A DNA stretch of 62,160 nucleotides, filler included, from Choristocarpus tenellus KU-1152 (taxonomy: Eukaryota; Protista; Phaeophyceae): assembly GCA_964200185.2 (NCBI GenBank). It is 12 parts of 12 records of this genome, joined end to end, with 100 filler letters (N's around TTAATTAATTAA, not from the genome) between each part and the next. Parts side by side here need not be neighbours in the genome. Positions count along the whole stretch, not along the records: positions 9,214 to 14,574 come from CAXNAD020011037.1; positions 14,675 to 24,616 come from CAXNAD020003261.1; positions 24,717 to 29,450 come from CAXNAD020013285.1; 9 more parts are not named here. One strand, given 5' to 3'. Below are positions 12,524 to 24,843 of the stretch, piece by piece; position 1 is the stretch's first letter, and each line of letters opens with the position of its first letter. Below the pieces are notes generated by a model. It worked only from the letters and a program-made list of their open reading frames with translations, ran no database searches and was not told the origin of the DNA. A program made the position numbers and the translations under genes.

Positions 12524-12561
<38 letters not shown>

Positions 12562-13437
12562 TTTTGTACAGTTGAAGAGGATAATCTGCATGTCAATACC
12601 CTTCAATTATTCTGCATGGGTAGGAGGAATAATTGGTTTGAAAATCTACATCACTGTTGTACACATAAAGTCAATGAACACATATGAAGAAAGTCAATAT
12701 ACACATAAGAAACTCAATACACACATATGAAGAAATTCAATATACACATAAGAAAGTCAATACACACATATGAAGAAAGTCAACATACACATAAGAAACT
12801 CAATACACACATATGAAGAAAGTCAATATACACATAAGAAAAACAATAGAACATAAGAAAGTCAATACACACATATGAAGAAAGTCAATGTGCACATGGA
12901 TTTATTCCTAATAACCGTATGTTACTCCTGTCAAAAGTAAGCTAAATATTCAGTAAAGTTGCTATCTTTGGTAAGTTATGATCGTAACTGACAATATTAA
13001 TCAAGCTGTCAAGAAAATCAAAAACAGGGGGCTGGTTGCCTTTCCAACGAAGACGGTATGTGGTCTAGTCAATGATGCTTGTCTCAAGATTTTTTTTATA
13101 CAAAGGGTAGGGCTAGAGAGCCAATATACACATAAGAACAAATTCAATGTGCACATAAGAATAAGAACAAATTCGACATACACACAACAACAAAGTTAAA
13201 ACATGTGCGTAAAACACCCATCCATCCATCCACCCACCCATCCATCCATCCATCCATCCATCCATCTATCAATCTCTCCATCCATCTCTCTATCTCTTTA
13301 TCCTCCCCACTTACTTCTCTTGGCTTGGGCTCATTGTGCAGCTTCCTCAGCTCCTCTATGTCCCTAGGCGACATCTCAAGCAGGTCAGCTATATCCCCAA
13401 TGCTCACACGTAAAGCAGATCCCCTTATCAGGCGTGT
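11218..13437 (-). CDS. Two internal exons of an HSPA12-like (Hsp70-fold) protein, partial
   Basis: Exons 13315-13437 and 11218-11310, both phase 0 with canonical AG/GT: [41 protein letters not shown]|[31 protein letters not shown]. The second exon resembles the LxL...xxxLFxPxIxxI segment of Hsp70-family proteins. Family assignment is tentative. Confidence 0.55.
11836..12123. mobile_element. MITE family C (~270-290 bp)
   Basis: Reverse-orientation homolog of 41580-41867 and 47415-47680; terminus ...actttcactc; internal acctactcc...gagtagg hairpin. Confidence 0.75.
12898..12981 (+). pseudogene. glyS: 3' end fragment of bacterial glycyl-tRNA synthetase beta subunit
   Basis: [26 protein letters not shown] matches the GlyS C-terminus (NRLxLL...F.KVAxF.xL-stop). 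Its TGA overlaps the ATG of the next gene (ATGA). Confidence 0.65.
12978..13112 (+). pseudogene. sua5: 5' fragment of bacterial Sua5/TsaC threonylcarbamoyl-AMP synthase
   Basis: [39 protein letters not shown] corresponds to the VAFPTETVYGL...ACLKIF N-terminus, with substitutions, an internal deletion and a frameshift near KGR. Confidence 0.85.
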
Positions 13438-13894
13438 CTACCATCAAAAATAGGCACAATGCAATGGGGTATTAAATACATACATATATGTAGCAAATGT
13501 GGTTGGCCAGGGGGTTTCCAAAGAGCTGGGAGGGGAGTCAAAAAAATTTCCTGAAATAACCAGTACAAAATAATTACGTCCAAGCACTGACGGACATTTA
13601 AAAAAATACATGTCATGTGAACAACAAGCATCATTATAAATATTATTATAGGCCATCATCATTTGTTTTTTACTCAGGAATGTCATCAACGCTATGATGC
13701 CACAGCCACATTCCATCTTTTTTAGACTTAATTTTATTTTTCTACAGTGGCGATATCACAGACTGCTCGTTTTGAATCAGTTACAACGACTCGCTCTTTC
13801 CAAAAACTTTTTTAAAAAAATAAAAAAAACTCACACGAAAACATTTTTTGTTCGCTTCCGGTCACAATTTACTTCCTTTTTAAAAAAAATAAAA

Positions 13895-13935
<41 letters not shown>

Positions 13936-14126
13936 TAAAAACACACACACACATTTTTTTTTTAATCAATTGAAAGAAGAAAAAAATAGACAGGTACAAT
14001 AAAAAAAAATAAACGCACAGCAACAGCAACACGCGTCCAGTCCAGTCCAACCCTTTCAAACGTCCCCCCCATCTGCTGACAAAGAACAACAACCGAACCA
14101 TTCAGTCCCTCGCTACGTTGCTTACG

Positions 14127-14302
14127 GATGACAACACGATGACAACACGATGATAACACGATGACAACACGATGACAACACGATGACAACACGATGACAA
14201 CACGATGACAACACGATGATAACACGATGACAACACGATGACAACACGATGACAACACGATGACAACACGATGACAACACGATGACAACACGATGACAAC
14301 AC
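14127..14302. repeat. 11-bp tandem repeat (gatgacaacac) x16
   Basis: Directly visible; accounts for the spurious SSCCHRVVIVL ORFs. Confidence 0.97.
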
Positions 14303-14574
14303 CGACAGAAGGGCAAGTGACAAACACCAAACACACTCCTGTCTCCACTCAGCACTAAAAGCTGTCTGCTTCCTACCTCGGAATCGGAATCGAATCAGAA
14401 ATGGATCCGGGCGTAGGTAGTAGGGTGATGGCACTGCTGTGAAGCACCCAGCACGTGAACTTTGAAGGAAAAAAAAAAAGAGACAAGTAAAAATAATAAT
14501 AATAAAAACAAACAAAAAAGAAAACAAAAAAAAAAAAAACACGAAAAAAATAAATTAAAAAAAAAAAAACAAAA

Positions 14575-14674
14575 NNNNNNNNNNNNNNNNNNNNNNNNNN
14601 NNNNNNNNNNNNNNNNNNTTAATTAATTAANNNNNNNNNNNNNNNNNNNNNNNNNNNNNNNNNNNNNNNNNNNN
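14575..14674. other. Artificial contig linker
   Basis: N44-TTAATTAATTAA-N44. Confidence 0.98.
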
Positions 14675-15709
14675 AGCTATTCTGAAGGTGCAGGCCTCCT
14701 GTGAGACTTAAATGTCTTGTACACCCTGTCCAATTTGGTGCACTCCATGGCTTTCTAGTTGGAATATATCAGGTGGTAAACAATAATCATCCTGAAGAAC
14801 CCCTCATAATTACTCTGGACAGCCCCCCTTCTTCCTCAAGACTGACAGCAGCGCATAGTATATCCTTATTGCTTGGGCCTTCACCATCAGCATGACGGTC
14901 TGATGGTTGCTAAGATCATCCGAAAACAGGCTGCCTTCTTCCGTGCTCCCTGTCACCATGTCATCAATCACCTTGTCCAGGTATACAATTGAGTGCTCAT
15001 GTCACTCTGCTGCCTCCTCATCCCTTGGCTGGGCGGCTGACTGCTCTCTGCGTGCACGCTTCATCTTGGCATACACATCTGATCCCATATAGCCATGAGA
15101 TCGGAGGCGTTACACCTCCACCATTTGCAATCCCAGTGCCTTTCGGAAAAGTTCCATCTCTTCTTCCCAATGCTTGCGGCTTTTCGACAGTGCCCGTGGC
15201 CGCCCTTAGGGCTGGCACAATGTTGCCCGCCATGACTGATTCACGGAACTGACAGAAGAGTTCTTTCCTTCTTAACTTCCCAAAGTACCTCGTGGACGAC
15301 CAGATCCATCGCGACAACCTCCGTGGTTCATCACTGCATCAAGTTCGTCATCCGAATCGTCAGCACCTGCACCAACTGATCATGGAAACCTACGAGAGGT
15401 GATGTGTTGCTGTGACCCTTGACCTCCCTCTCCCTTGCGTTTCCCCAAGAGATCCTACCACCCCTCGACAGAGAGAGAGCTGAAGAATTCCTGTTCACCA
15501 TCCAGGTCGCGACCATGCCTGTGCTTCGTTGGTTTGAGCGTCCAGTTGCAGCACTCCAAGACCTCCCCCTTCTTGTTTTGTGGACGAAAGGAAATCCTCA
15601 GCCGATATCCCTTGCCCCTGACCTCCTGGCGGCACCGGACGAACTCAAATCCATCAGGGAGTGACCGCACCACAACATCAACGTCGTCAGGTGACACCTC
15701 GGAGCTCAT
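14675..15709 (-). pseudogene. Pseudogenised long ORF, probably the N-terminus of a DNA transposase
   Basis: One intronless frame of ~340 codons from ATG 15709, broken only by scattered in-frame stops. Contains AT-hook-like HGGCRDGSGRPRG and KAQAIRIYYALL, and is preceded by a subterminal foldback. Truncated by the contig end. Confidence 0.5.
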
Positions 15710-15786
15710 TGGGCGTCACAGTGTCCTGTGAGGGGCTTAAACAGTATTAAGCTGAGGCCTACCACCCACGTACCATTTCGACCTTT

Positions 15787-16098
15787 ACCAATCATGATTT
15801 TTTTGAAAAGGTTGGCGAACGAGTTAATCGACGATCAGCATATCGAATGGAAGCTCTTGATCTAAACTATCGATTTCCGCAAAGAAATTCTTTGGCAATA
15901 TATTTTTGGTCGTGATAATTTATTCCGAATTTTTTAAAGGTTATGCCGAAAAAATTCGGTTAGAATTAAACATTACCAAAAATATATTACCAAAGAATTT
16001 CTTTGCGGAAATCGATAGTTTAGATCAAGAGCTTCCATTCGATCTGCTGATCGTCGATTAACTCATTGGGTAACCTTTAAAAAAAAATCAAGATCGGT
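15787..16098. repeat. ~310-bp foldback inverted repeat (transposon subterminal region or MITE)
   Basis: gagttaatcgacgatcagcatatcgaatggaagctcttgatctaaactatcgatttccgcaaagaaattctttgg is mirrored almost perfectly at ~15989-16064. Confidence 0.92.
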
Positions 16099-18039
16099 CT
16101 GATCCTAGAGGCGACTGCCAAGATCATACCCCTATCATTTGGTGTAATATTCAAACTGTTGTTGTTCACTCTTTAGAATCTGGAGTGGCGTCTTCTGTCC
16201 TATCGTGACTGCAGGCACACATTAGAATTGAGGTAATACCATCAAAGTAAAGTTTTTTTTGTATCACCTAGTGATTACATTCACACACACTCATATACAC
16301 AGTGACTAGATTTATAAACGTTTTAACTGCATATATATAATATATGAAAGTAGCTTTATCAAAACACCCATTGTTCTTTGGTGCCAGACTTAGATACACG
16401 GCACTCCTCAACTTCATTATTTATTGATGGCGATCTCACCATATTCTGAAATGTAGCTTAGATTATTTAATCTAGAATCCTCACACTTGACCCACTCTCC
16501 TTGTCTTCACATCCTTTACGTAAATGTTTCGCGATAAAGCGACCCCACGGGTTGTCCATAATATATCAGACTATTGTTTCAATATTGTTAACATAATAAT
16601 AGATTTATCAAAGTGGTAGGGACGGTCGAGGTGGGCTTTTGACTCCTGTGTCTAGGTTGCGTATATACAGGCCACTAACACACAGAATACAAGTTCGTGT
16701 TATCCTTCTTCGGCAAAACCTCCAACCAGAGCAGTTACGCTTCTCATCACGCGCACCCCTACAACTGACAGAAACATTAGGGTCAATAGCCTTCAATTTA
16801 GGTTCCTATCGATCGCATGTCTCTATGGTCGTATCGAAAGGCAACCTAATACTTACACGCTCACACCATGGTTCGCGTATATTCGTTGGGGAAGAATAAA
16901 GAGTCCAACGCTTTAGACAGAATCTGATTTGTTCACGCAAATCTAAGATTCTCCCGGACAATGGCATTTTTTCTGCAACTATCTCAAACAATAACAAGAT
17001 AGACCTATCCTTTAAGACTGGCACCATGAACTGGAACTGTGAAAGTGATATAAAAATGAGTGAACATTTCTGTGAGTCTATCAGGAACAAGGTGGCGACT
17101 GTATACCTCAAGGTGATCAGGAATATGGCAAGATCAACAAAGGTATGCTTTGAATATCAGTGAGCATGGGTGATCTCCACTTGCAGGAAGGTGTCAACCC
17201 ACACACCCTGTAACAACTGCGACATTCCTAACAACAGGCTTCAACTACGCTCCACCATGCAGGGTATCTTCGTATCATGTACAATCGACCAATCATTCAA
17301 ACAAAACAACATAAAATGCAAAGTACAAGACATTTGAAGATCCTGTAGAAGGCATTGGCCTGTTTGATTGTGTTCATATCAATCACATGCGTATCATCAT
17401 GGCAGTCCTTGAGTTATTCAAAACGATAAAACCTTTTCTGTGCTTCTCATTTTGCTCGTTTGTAGGCCATATTGCCTCTTTTGGGTGACTTGGCCGTACT
17501 TTTGTCAAACTCAGTCTTAACTCTTGCGCAGTTCCATACATCCATACCCGTAAGTCAAACATTTTTGGTCTCATCATCTTCTGTTCGCCAGACTTTCCCC
17601 CATCCATTTCCTCCGTTCACTCTGCTATACTCTCTCCTAAGTGACGTGGTATACCTTGTATCCTCCCCCTAAGTACTGCATTGGACAAGGCTGCATAGTC
17701 ATGGCGTTCATCCACACCTTGTTGTCCCAACAGGATGTGACCAGAACAAAAAGGTTTCGTGAACAGCAACCCACCCACCCTTGCCTAAAACAGAATACAC
17801 AGGACAAGGAAACACATCCCCCAGAATCAGACCTCCGCTGCTGTAGGAGGACATGAGCTAAGAAAGGAGCCCATGGTGAAATGGTTTTGGCGTACACTTC
17901 GCTAGAGGAGGGCAACTCAAGAGTAAGTCAGCCCCAGCTGTCTCCTCAATGAAAGGAGTAGTGAGGGGGGGGGGGACTGGGAATCAGAAACATCGACTTC
18001 ACAAGAATAATCCCTGAACGGACAGATAAATCCTGACCT

Positions 18040-18310
18040 TGCACAAATCAAGAGTCAAAGTAAGCGAAAGGGTATCCAGAGTTGCGTTCTCGAGCACACT
18101 GACAAACGTATAAAATTCGACTTTTCGTGCAAATGCGTGCAGGTACTTTTCTGAATTCTTTACGAATTTTTCAAACAATAGAAGAATCGATAACCTCAAG
18201 TCAATCTTACTACTTCAACAATAGAAATAAGGGTGAATCGCAAAATACGAAAAAAAAAAAGCGTCCTAGAATGCAAAACGCCCAAAACCTGGGTGACCTC
18301 TCGCTTGCTC
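18040..18310. repeat. Dispersed repeat family A copy
   Basis: Shares ctcaagtcaatcttactacttc...agaaataagggtg...atgcaaaacgcccaaaacctggg with the other copies. Confidence 0.6.
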
Positions 18311-18501
18311 TAGCTCCAAGTCATCGTTGGGCCAGTCCAGTGAAACGGCACCTGACATGTTACGAGCAAAAATGCAAGGTCCCTGCGGAGGACACATAAC
18401 AATATCTCCTGAAAAAAAATAAAGTAGTCTGAAGCTTTTGTCACCCACCAGCTGCAGAGAAATGCAAGGTCATCCGTGGGGATCCAGCAATACATCATAA
18501 T

Positions 18502-20294
18502 TTAAGACTCCTTTACAGAGCAACCAGCGGCAATGAGCTTTGGGAGCAGTTGGCCCTGCTCGTGGAGGGTGAACACTCCTGGACCTTCACAGGAGGTGAA
18601 ATGAAAGGAAAGCAAAGGAATGGTCCCAGGCAACAAGGTGGGGGGTGATGGCAATCGGGAAAGCACAATGGTGTCAGACCGGGTTCTAAGTCAAACATGT
18701 TCTCGAATCAGTGGAGTCGTGATGTAGTACGTTTATGTGAGTGATCATTGCAATCAAGTGTCCTGGTTCAGAAGGGATGTGTGAGATTGAGGTCTTCGGT
18801 AGCCTTCAACAAGGACTTTCTATGCTCCATACCTCCCACATGCAGTGAATTATCTTCCAGCAGGAATCGATCAAATCAAGACACAGCCAGGGGTTCATGC
18901 TTTACATCCCAGAGTGCTATTTACTATCTGTCAATACTTGTTCGCACCATCACTGCAGCCACCGACATACTCTCCTCCAATCCATATCTGTGGCACACTA
19001 GTTCGCCCTGTGAGTTGACTCAGTTCGTAGCGAATTGCGCCACCCTCAGGCATCTCATCCAGCTCTGCAACCTGTGGTAAGCAGAGTGGAAGGACGTGGC
19101 CCCTGATCATTGTCCCAGTCTTCATGGCACGAGTGCCTTGAGTCTGTCAGGAGCTAGCAATATCTTCCTTTTACATATTTTCAGTAATGGACAGTGAAGT
19201 GGATGACCTCCTGTGACCTTTGAGTTCAGCATAATGACTTCAAGTCAGCAGTACACCATCATGAGTACTATCACTGTTTTACAAATTTGGATCAGCTTGC
19301 AGACGGGCGGAAGGGCTAGGTTGGAAGAGTTAATTCAACACCACCCAAGGCATAAGAACAACTCCGGTGTTGATGGTAAGATCGCTTTACCAGCATCACA
19401 ATCAAATAAAGAAACAGTGGTGCCAATGGACAGCATAAAAGGAGTTAAAGAGAGGGGTGCGAAGTATCACTTGGCGAGTATTCAGGTAGAGTCTTTTCAC
19501 TTGAAGAAGAGGCCAATGGCGAGTCACAAGTGAGTAACAATAAAATCGAAATCGCCAGAGCCATGACAAGCTGACAAAGGTATCCCCCAGCGCACCTGGT
19601 AATCGGCTGGATCTTCAATGAGGTCCCCAAGCAACCCCTTGGCCTTGGTACAGAACGGGCACCTGCGAAATGAGAGCGGAGTGTAGGTCATAACCCTATC
19701 GTAGTTATTTGAGGAGAGACAGCCATCCTCTTTCGGGTGCTAGTGCTGGGACTTTCATGACTCATATAAGGCGGTCATTACAATAAGATAAACTCTTGCT
19801 CCTATGAGGTACCTTGCCCACGAGAAGATCATGACCTTATTGGACGATTTATATGACTCGATCTGGCCCTTGATGATGTCCTCATCGTACTGACCAGCTC
19901 CTAACTTTGCGATCCCTTGCTTGAGGAAGTCGAACGGGTTCTTCATGGCCATCGAGAGGCTATCAGCCCCAAAGCTATCAGACGTGACAGTCCTTGTTGA
20001 TGTCCCAAAGAAGCCAAGGCTTTTTAGGTCGTGGGCAAGGGAGAAGAGATCGCTCCATGGTACGTTATAAACGTAGTGAGGGTGATAGATTTCAAGCCTC
20101 CTGAATGTTTCAAGTAAGAACGGTACTTGGTTCTTCTAATCCGCCAGAAGAAGAACCTCATCGTTATCATTATGACACAAAACATAATTCTCATACCTCC
20201 GAGCGGCGTATGGGACAGCGAGAAGGGCTGACCCCGCCCGGAACTGCAGAGCGAGGACCACGGCAATGCGGGAGACTCTTGGAAGGAGTATCAT
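18502..20294 (-). CDS. Glutaredoxin (dithiol CPFC type) with bipartite plastid-targeting presequence; complete, 5 exons
   Basis: Exons 20197-20294, 19813-20100, 19596-19662, 18948-19071 and 18502-18584 splice in phase: MILLPRVSRIAVVLALQFRAGSALLA...KVMIFSWARCPFCTKAK...LTGRTSVPQIWIGGEYVGGCSDGPGVFTLHEQGQLLPKLIAAG...*. Confidence 0.93.
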
Positions 20295-20628
20295 GTTTCA
20301 ACTTTCAGGGTGGCGGTTAAGGCTAAGACAGATAGATGCAGCAATTGGGGTCGACCTTTCCTTCAGTGTTAGGTGAAGATGAGAGGGAGAGATCATGTTT
20401 TTTCACGTGGATGTACGTAAAGAGTTTTTTTCTTGTTGTTGTAGGGATAGGATAGATACATTGGAAGAGGACGATGGAGAGATCATGTCTTACTTAGAGG
20501 TTACGGCGTGAGAGGATATCATGACTCCTGTTGAGGATTACAATGAGGTGGTGGGAGAGTCTCTGGAGACGGAAAGAACATGTTCTATCTCCTTAAAGCA
20601 ATCTAAACGAGAAAAACGACAAAGCAAA
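20295..20628. promoter_or_regulatory. Putative bidirectional promoter
   Basis: 334 bp between the divergent start codons of glutaredoxin (20294) and the RNase II-like gene (20629). Confidence 0.5.
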
Positions 20629-23600
20629 ATGGTGCTTGTGGCTGCAGTCACCAGAGCCTCAGCCTCGGCAATGATGATTGTTTTTCTAGCAGACCGTGTC
20701 CAAATTGCCGGTGGGCTTTCATCTCTTAGCAAATTTACAGGTGGAACACGTCTTGGAAGTCTAGGTGGCGAGAAGATGTGTCGATCATCTGGCCTTTGGA
20801 GTTCTGCTCGCCTCCCGTTGGAGAGGAGACAATCATTGCCCAGGTGCCCTTAACCATTTCTACCCCTTCCTAGAACAACCCCTGTCTACGTCCCTTGACA
20901 TGCTTCTCTCCCTTCCGAGGTACTGGTACCCAAGGAATTTTATACTCAGGGACTCCCAGCACCTGCAACAATATGCCCTCCCACCTTACCTTCACATCAT
21001 TTCCCCTCAATCTACCAGGTTCAGGGCAACAAATGGAGATGTATATGCATCGATCACTGACTGCCCTAACTCGACCGTCGTAGCTAATACTACTCCTAGC
21101 GAGTCAGTATCAGGTGTGACAGTCCTTCGGCCAGGAGATCCCCTTGAATTTTGGCACGCAAAGTCCGTAGGACTGGGGTTCTATGAGGGACCCGTTCCTG
21201 GGCGTCGGTCACTGTCTGTCCGCACATCGGACGGTGAAACATTGGTCGTTGACATCGGTCAGGTGGTGAATGTTTGGAAGTCAAAAGATATGAGAGGTCC
21301 ACTGCCGAGATTGGACAAAGACTGGGCCACCCTTTCAGACGGAGTACGCCACCTACTTCAGAACACTCCCACCCAAGGGTTGGACCTGGGGGAATTCTGG
21401 AAGGCTGCGATCGCTCATGGAAAGGGGCTTGTAGTAAAATCCAACCATGCGGCCGAGTTTCTTTTCAGCGAGGACATGGGAAAGCGAGGTCTGAAAAAGA
21501 GGCCATTGTTCAAGTTCAACAGGTGAAGCATTAAAAGAGGAGTCGAAGGGTGCCTCTAAGGGTGTAAGTAGATGACTCTCTTCCACCCGTGTCCACCTCA
21601 CGTGACTGTATCTGTGTATCATTATAATGCAATTTCCAATCATTCCGGTTCTTTTGTAGATGGTCTCCCATCACTCCACATCTTTCCATTCCCAGTCCGT
21701 CTGTATGCCCCAATGGAGGTTACCCTGATCTCTGGCATTCCTCCCGACTGTTGTCCCATAACCAAGCTGCAATTTGAATTCTCTAAATCACTCTACAAAA
21801 CACATACACGCAACCTACATGAAACATATATACTAGGTACCATGTATTTGATTCCCCCTTCTTGCCTCTCATGTGCAGCAGAGCAGTAAACTGGATGGAC
21901 TGATTGATAGATGTGCTTCACTCGCAACCCTAACCCTACAACACTCCAAACTCTATATGAAAAATATCACACATACATTCGTGCTTGGGATGGTAAAATA
22001 TCCCAGCTCATCAGCTTTCAAGCCAAACGTCATGGAGAGGGCGGCAGCTGCTCAGCTCCTCTCAACAGAGACAAACCGTTTCAAGCGTGTGATATCTGAA
22101 ATTCCCAAAGAAATGGGGACAGGGGTGGAGGCTGGGCGAGGGAAAGGAGGGTCTGTATCTCTGAAGATTGGGGGCTTCAAGGCGGTGGACCGGGGAGTGG
22201 CCATTTCGCGAGAGGTTGCCGAGTTTTGCAACCTGGTGAAGGACATCCGATTGTCGTCTGAGTCCACAATGGGGACTGGGGGGATAGGAGATTGTAGTGA
22301 TGATGGGGGCAGGGCAGTGAATGGGGGAATCCGCAGCAGGCTGTTTGATCCTGCTTTCCTTCTCATCCTTCACAGCTTGGAGGTATGTGCCAGTGTGATG
22401 TTGCGCTCAATAGAGAGATGATTAAACTTCGAGTGTTTGTTTGACATCTGGGATAAATCGCTTGATTTTTTTTCCACATTGAGACCAAAACCTGACTTGA
22501 CTTCTCACCCCGTAACCCTCTAGTCCCAGCCCTAACCATGGTGCTCATTGTGGTGTCTCAGATCCCTTTGAAACCCAACCCTGCTTGATGCTCTTCTTTT
22601 TTTTTCAACCAAATGCTAAGCCTTGAATACTGGACCTAGAGCCCTGCTACTCAACTGTAGTTTGTTTGGTAGTACTTCTCTTGGCCTAATCATCTCTACT
22701 TGTCATATCCCTTCTGGTCTTCGTCCATACCATCCCCCCGATGGTTCTATGCGTGTGGGGGCGGGGGCGGGGGCAATCACATGATCCATTTTACAATATA
22801 ATAGGCGTTTGCTCTTGGGGGTGATGAGCGAAGTTTTTCGAAAGAGGCCAGGCGGTGCCTCCAATTGCTGGGGCGGAAGGTGAGCAGCCGATGTTAATTG
22901 ACAATGGAAAGAACTTGTGTCAAGTGTAACAAAGTGATGTGTTGTGTATCTATATTCTTCTACATTCATCCACTCCACAAACCAAGTTGAACCAGCATTT
23001 GTTCCGAACTGAACATTGTTATCATACTGCAAATCTAACCTTGTTATCAAATCAAACGAATGCCTTTACTTGTGAAAACGTGGGGAGAAGAAGAATAGAT
23101 TGACTTGGGATGAGACTCTTGTCAAACAGGTTTTGATATGTGATGGCGAGGTGATCTCACCATGACTTATGCAAATATGCTTCCTTGGCCCTTCCTTATG
23201 CAAGCAACACTTCAAGCCCGTACTGGCTGTGTTGTTAATGTGCTAGTACTCTATGTCTCAAATGGTAATACTGTTGTTCTGGGTGTTGAGGTGCAGACCA
23301 GGATACCACTAGATACAGACCATGAACCTGTGTACCTCACATGCTGTAGCATACTGTGTGACATGGGGTGGAAGGGCCTCACTTGTATTGTGGGGTCGTG
23401 GGTTCAAAGTGTAGTGTAGCTGAAGGTGGGATTTTAGTATACTTGTAGCTTGTACAGTCATGGTGCAGACTTTTAAAGTGCCTGACAGTGTGGATTCTAA
23501 GTTTAGTGCAGTCCAAGGTGTGATATTGTAAGTGTTTTTTTGTATAGGCATGGAGCATCAGCCTTTCAAGTGCCTGAGAGTTTGAGTTCTGTGCATGGTT

Positions 23601-24505
23601 CGGTCCAAGGTGGACAATAATAATAATAATAATAATAATAATATTAGCAGCATGCTTGTACTTTGTGTAGTCATGGCACAGATTCTCATCTGCTGAAAGT
23701 ACCTTGGAAGTATGTCGAGCACACCATTATTGTAGTTGTCTCTATTCCTGTGTCTGTAGTGCAGTCTGTGATGCAGTTGTGTACAGTCAAGTACTCTTCA
23801 AGGTGTCTTGTTTTGTTGTGCATTACTTGAGTAGAAAAAATGGACTCATCTCATCCTGGGGGTGTTGGCAGTAGAGGTGGTACTCAAGTTGCCGAATGCT
23901 AGGACTTGCCAAGTATTGGCACTGGAGCATTATTGTAGTGAATTGCTGTGTCAAGCACTCTCCATAACCTGTGCAATAGTTCATACACAGCTCAAGTGGC
24001 AAGGGTAACTCTGAGATCCCTTTTCGGTGACATACTTTTTCTAATGAGCCTACCTACGTAAAGGCCAAATCAATCAGGGGTCACAGGAAGAGCGTGTTGA
24101 TGTGTGTGTCACCAATACCTCAATCCTCGTCCATGTTATGTCATGTTATAGTGCTGTGAATCGGGACATTAAGAACAAACCAATCAAAAGATTGCACTGC
24201 ACGCCTCCGATTTTTTTTGTTTTTGTTTGATTGGAATCCAATCAAATCGCAGTGGTTCCAGGACCTTGACCACGCCTGACAATGTTTTTTAAGAAGTGTT
24301 CCCCCCTACACTCAAGCAAACAAAAACATTTCTATGTAGTGCATTCAATGTGGTACACACATATAACGGCACCCCTTCCATACCATGTAGGCACTGATGA
24401 ACCTACCGATTTCTTACTGACTGTACATAGGCAGATCCCGCCTCTGCCAAGGAAACCCTTGTGGAGGTGGGATTGTGGAGTGTCCAGGATGGCATCAACC
24501 ATCAG
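20629..24505 (+). CDS. Plastid/cyanobacterial-type ribonuclease II (RNB family), 5' part
   Basis: In-phase exons 20629-20843, 21019-21522, 22007-22382, 22805-22879, 24431-24505. Presequence, then GDPLEFW...LDLGEFW...AAEFLFSE...AAAQLLSTETNRFKR...LE|AFALGG...LLGRK|ADPASAKETLVEVGLWS, colinear with the N-terminal region of cyanobacterial/plastid RNase II. The RNB catalytic domain lies beyond the contig end. Confidence 0.72.
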
Positions 24506-24616
24506 GTTAGGAACAGGAGAGATAGGAGTGACAGCACAACAACTGGAAGGTTTCCAGAACCACTATTACAGCCTGAAGCATTGGCAATGCAAGACAAAGG
24601 GGGAAGAGGAGATGGG

Positions 24617-24716
24617 NNNNNNNNNNNNNNNNNNNNNNNNNNNNNNNNNNNNNNNNNNNNTTAATTAATTAANNNNNNNNNNNNNNNNNNNNNNNNNNNN
24701 NNNNNNNNNNNNNNNN
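24617..24716. other. Artificial contig linker
   Basis: N44-TTAATTAATTAA-N44. Confidence 0.98.
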
Positions 24717-24843
24717 AGGTCAATAGCAGTACGGGTAGACGGATTTATGTCTCATGGTCCAGTCTCACACCCAATCCTCTCAGTACAGTATGATCATAGA
24801 TTTGGAACAACATTACGCAAACAGGAGATATAAACCAACCTAC

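Larger units (their letters stand above)
12655..13195. repeat. ~20-22-bp AT-rich tandem repeat interrupted by a bacterial-like insert
   Basis: Units like aagaaagtcaatatacacat at 12655-12897, resuming at ~13118-13195. Confidence 0.85.

Noticed and set aside
12978-13199. Functional sua5 gene or contaminant bacterial contig
   Set aside because: Truncated after ~40 codons, with mutated PTETVYG and a frameshift, and embedded in eukaryotic intron sequence.
13962-14542. SSCCHRVVIVL repeat proteins
   Set aside because: These are translations of an 11-bp microsatellite-like repeat.
20765-21018. N-terminal part of the 253-aa ORF as real coding sequence
   Set aside because: It overlaps exon 1 in another frame and intron 1; the real frame starts at 20629 and splices to 21019.
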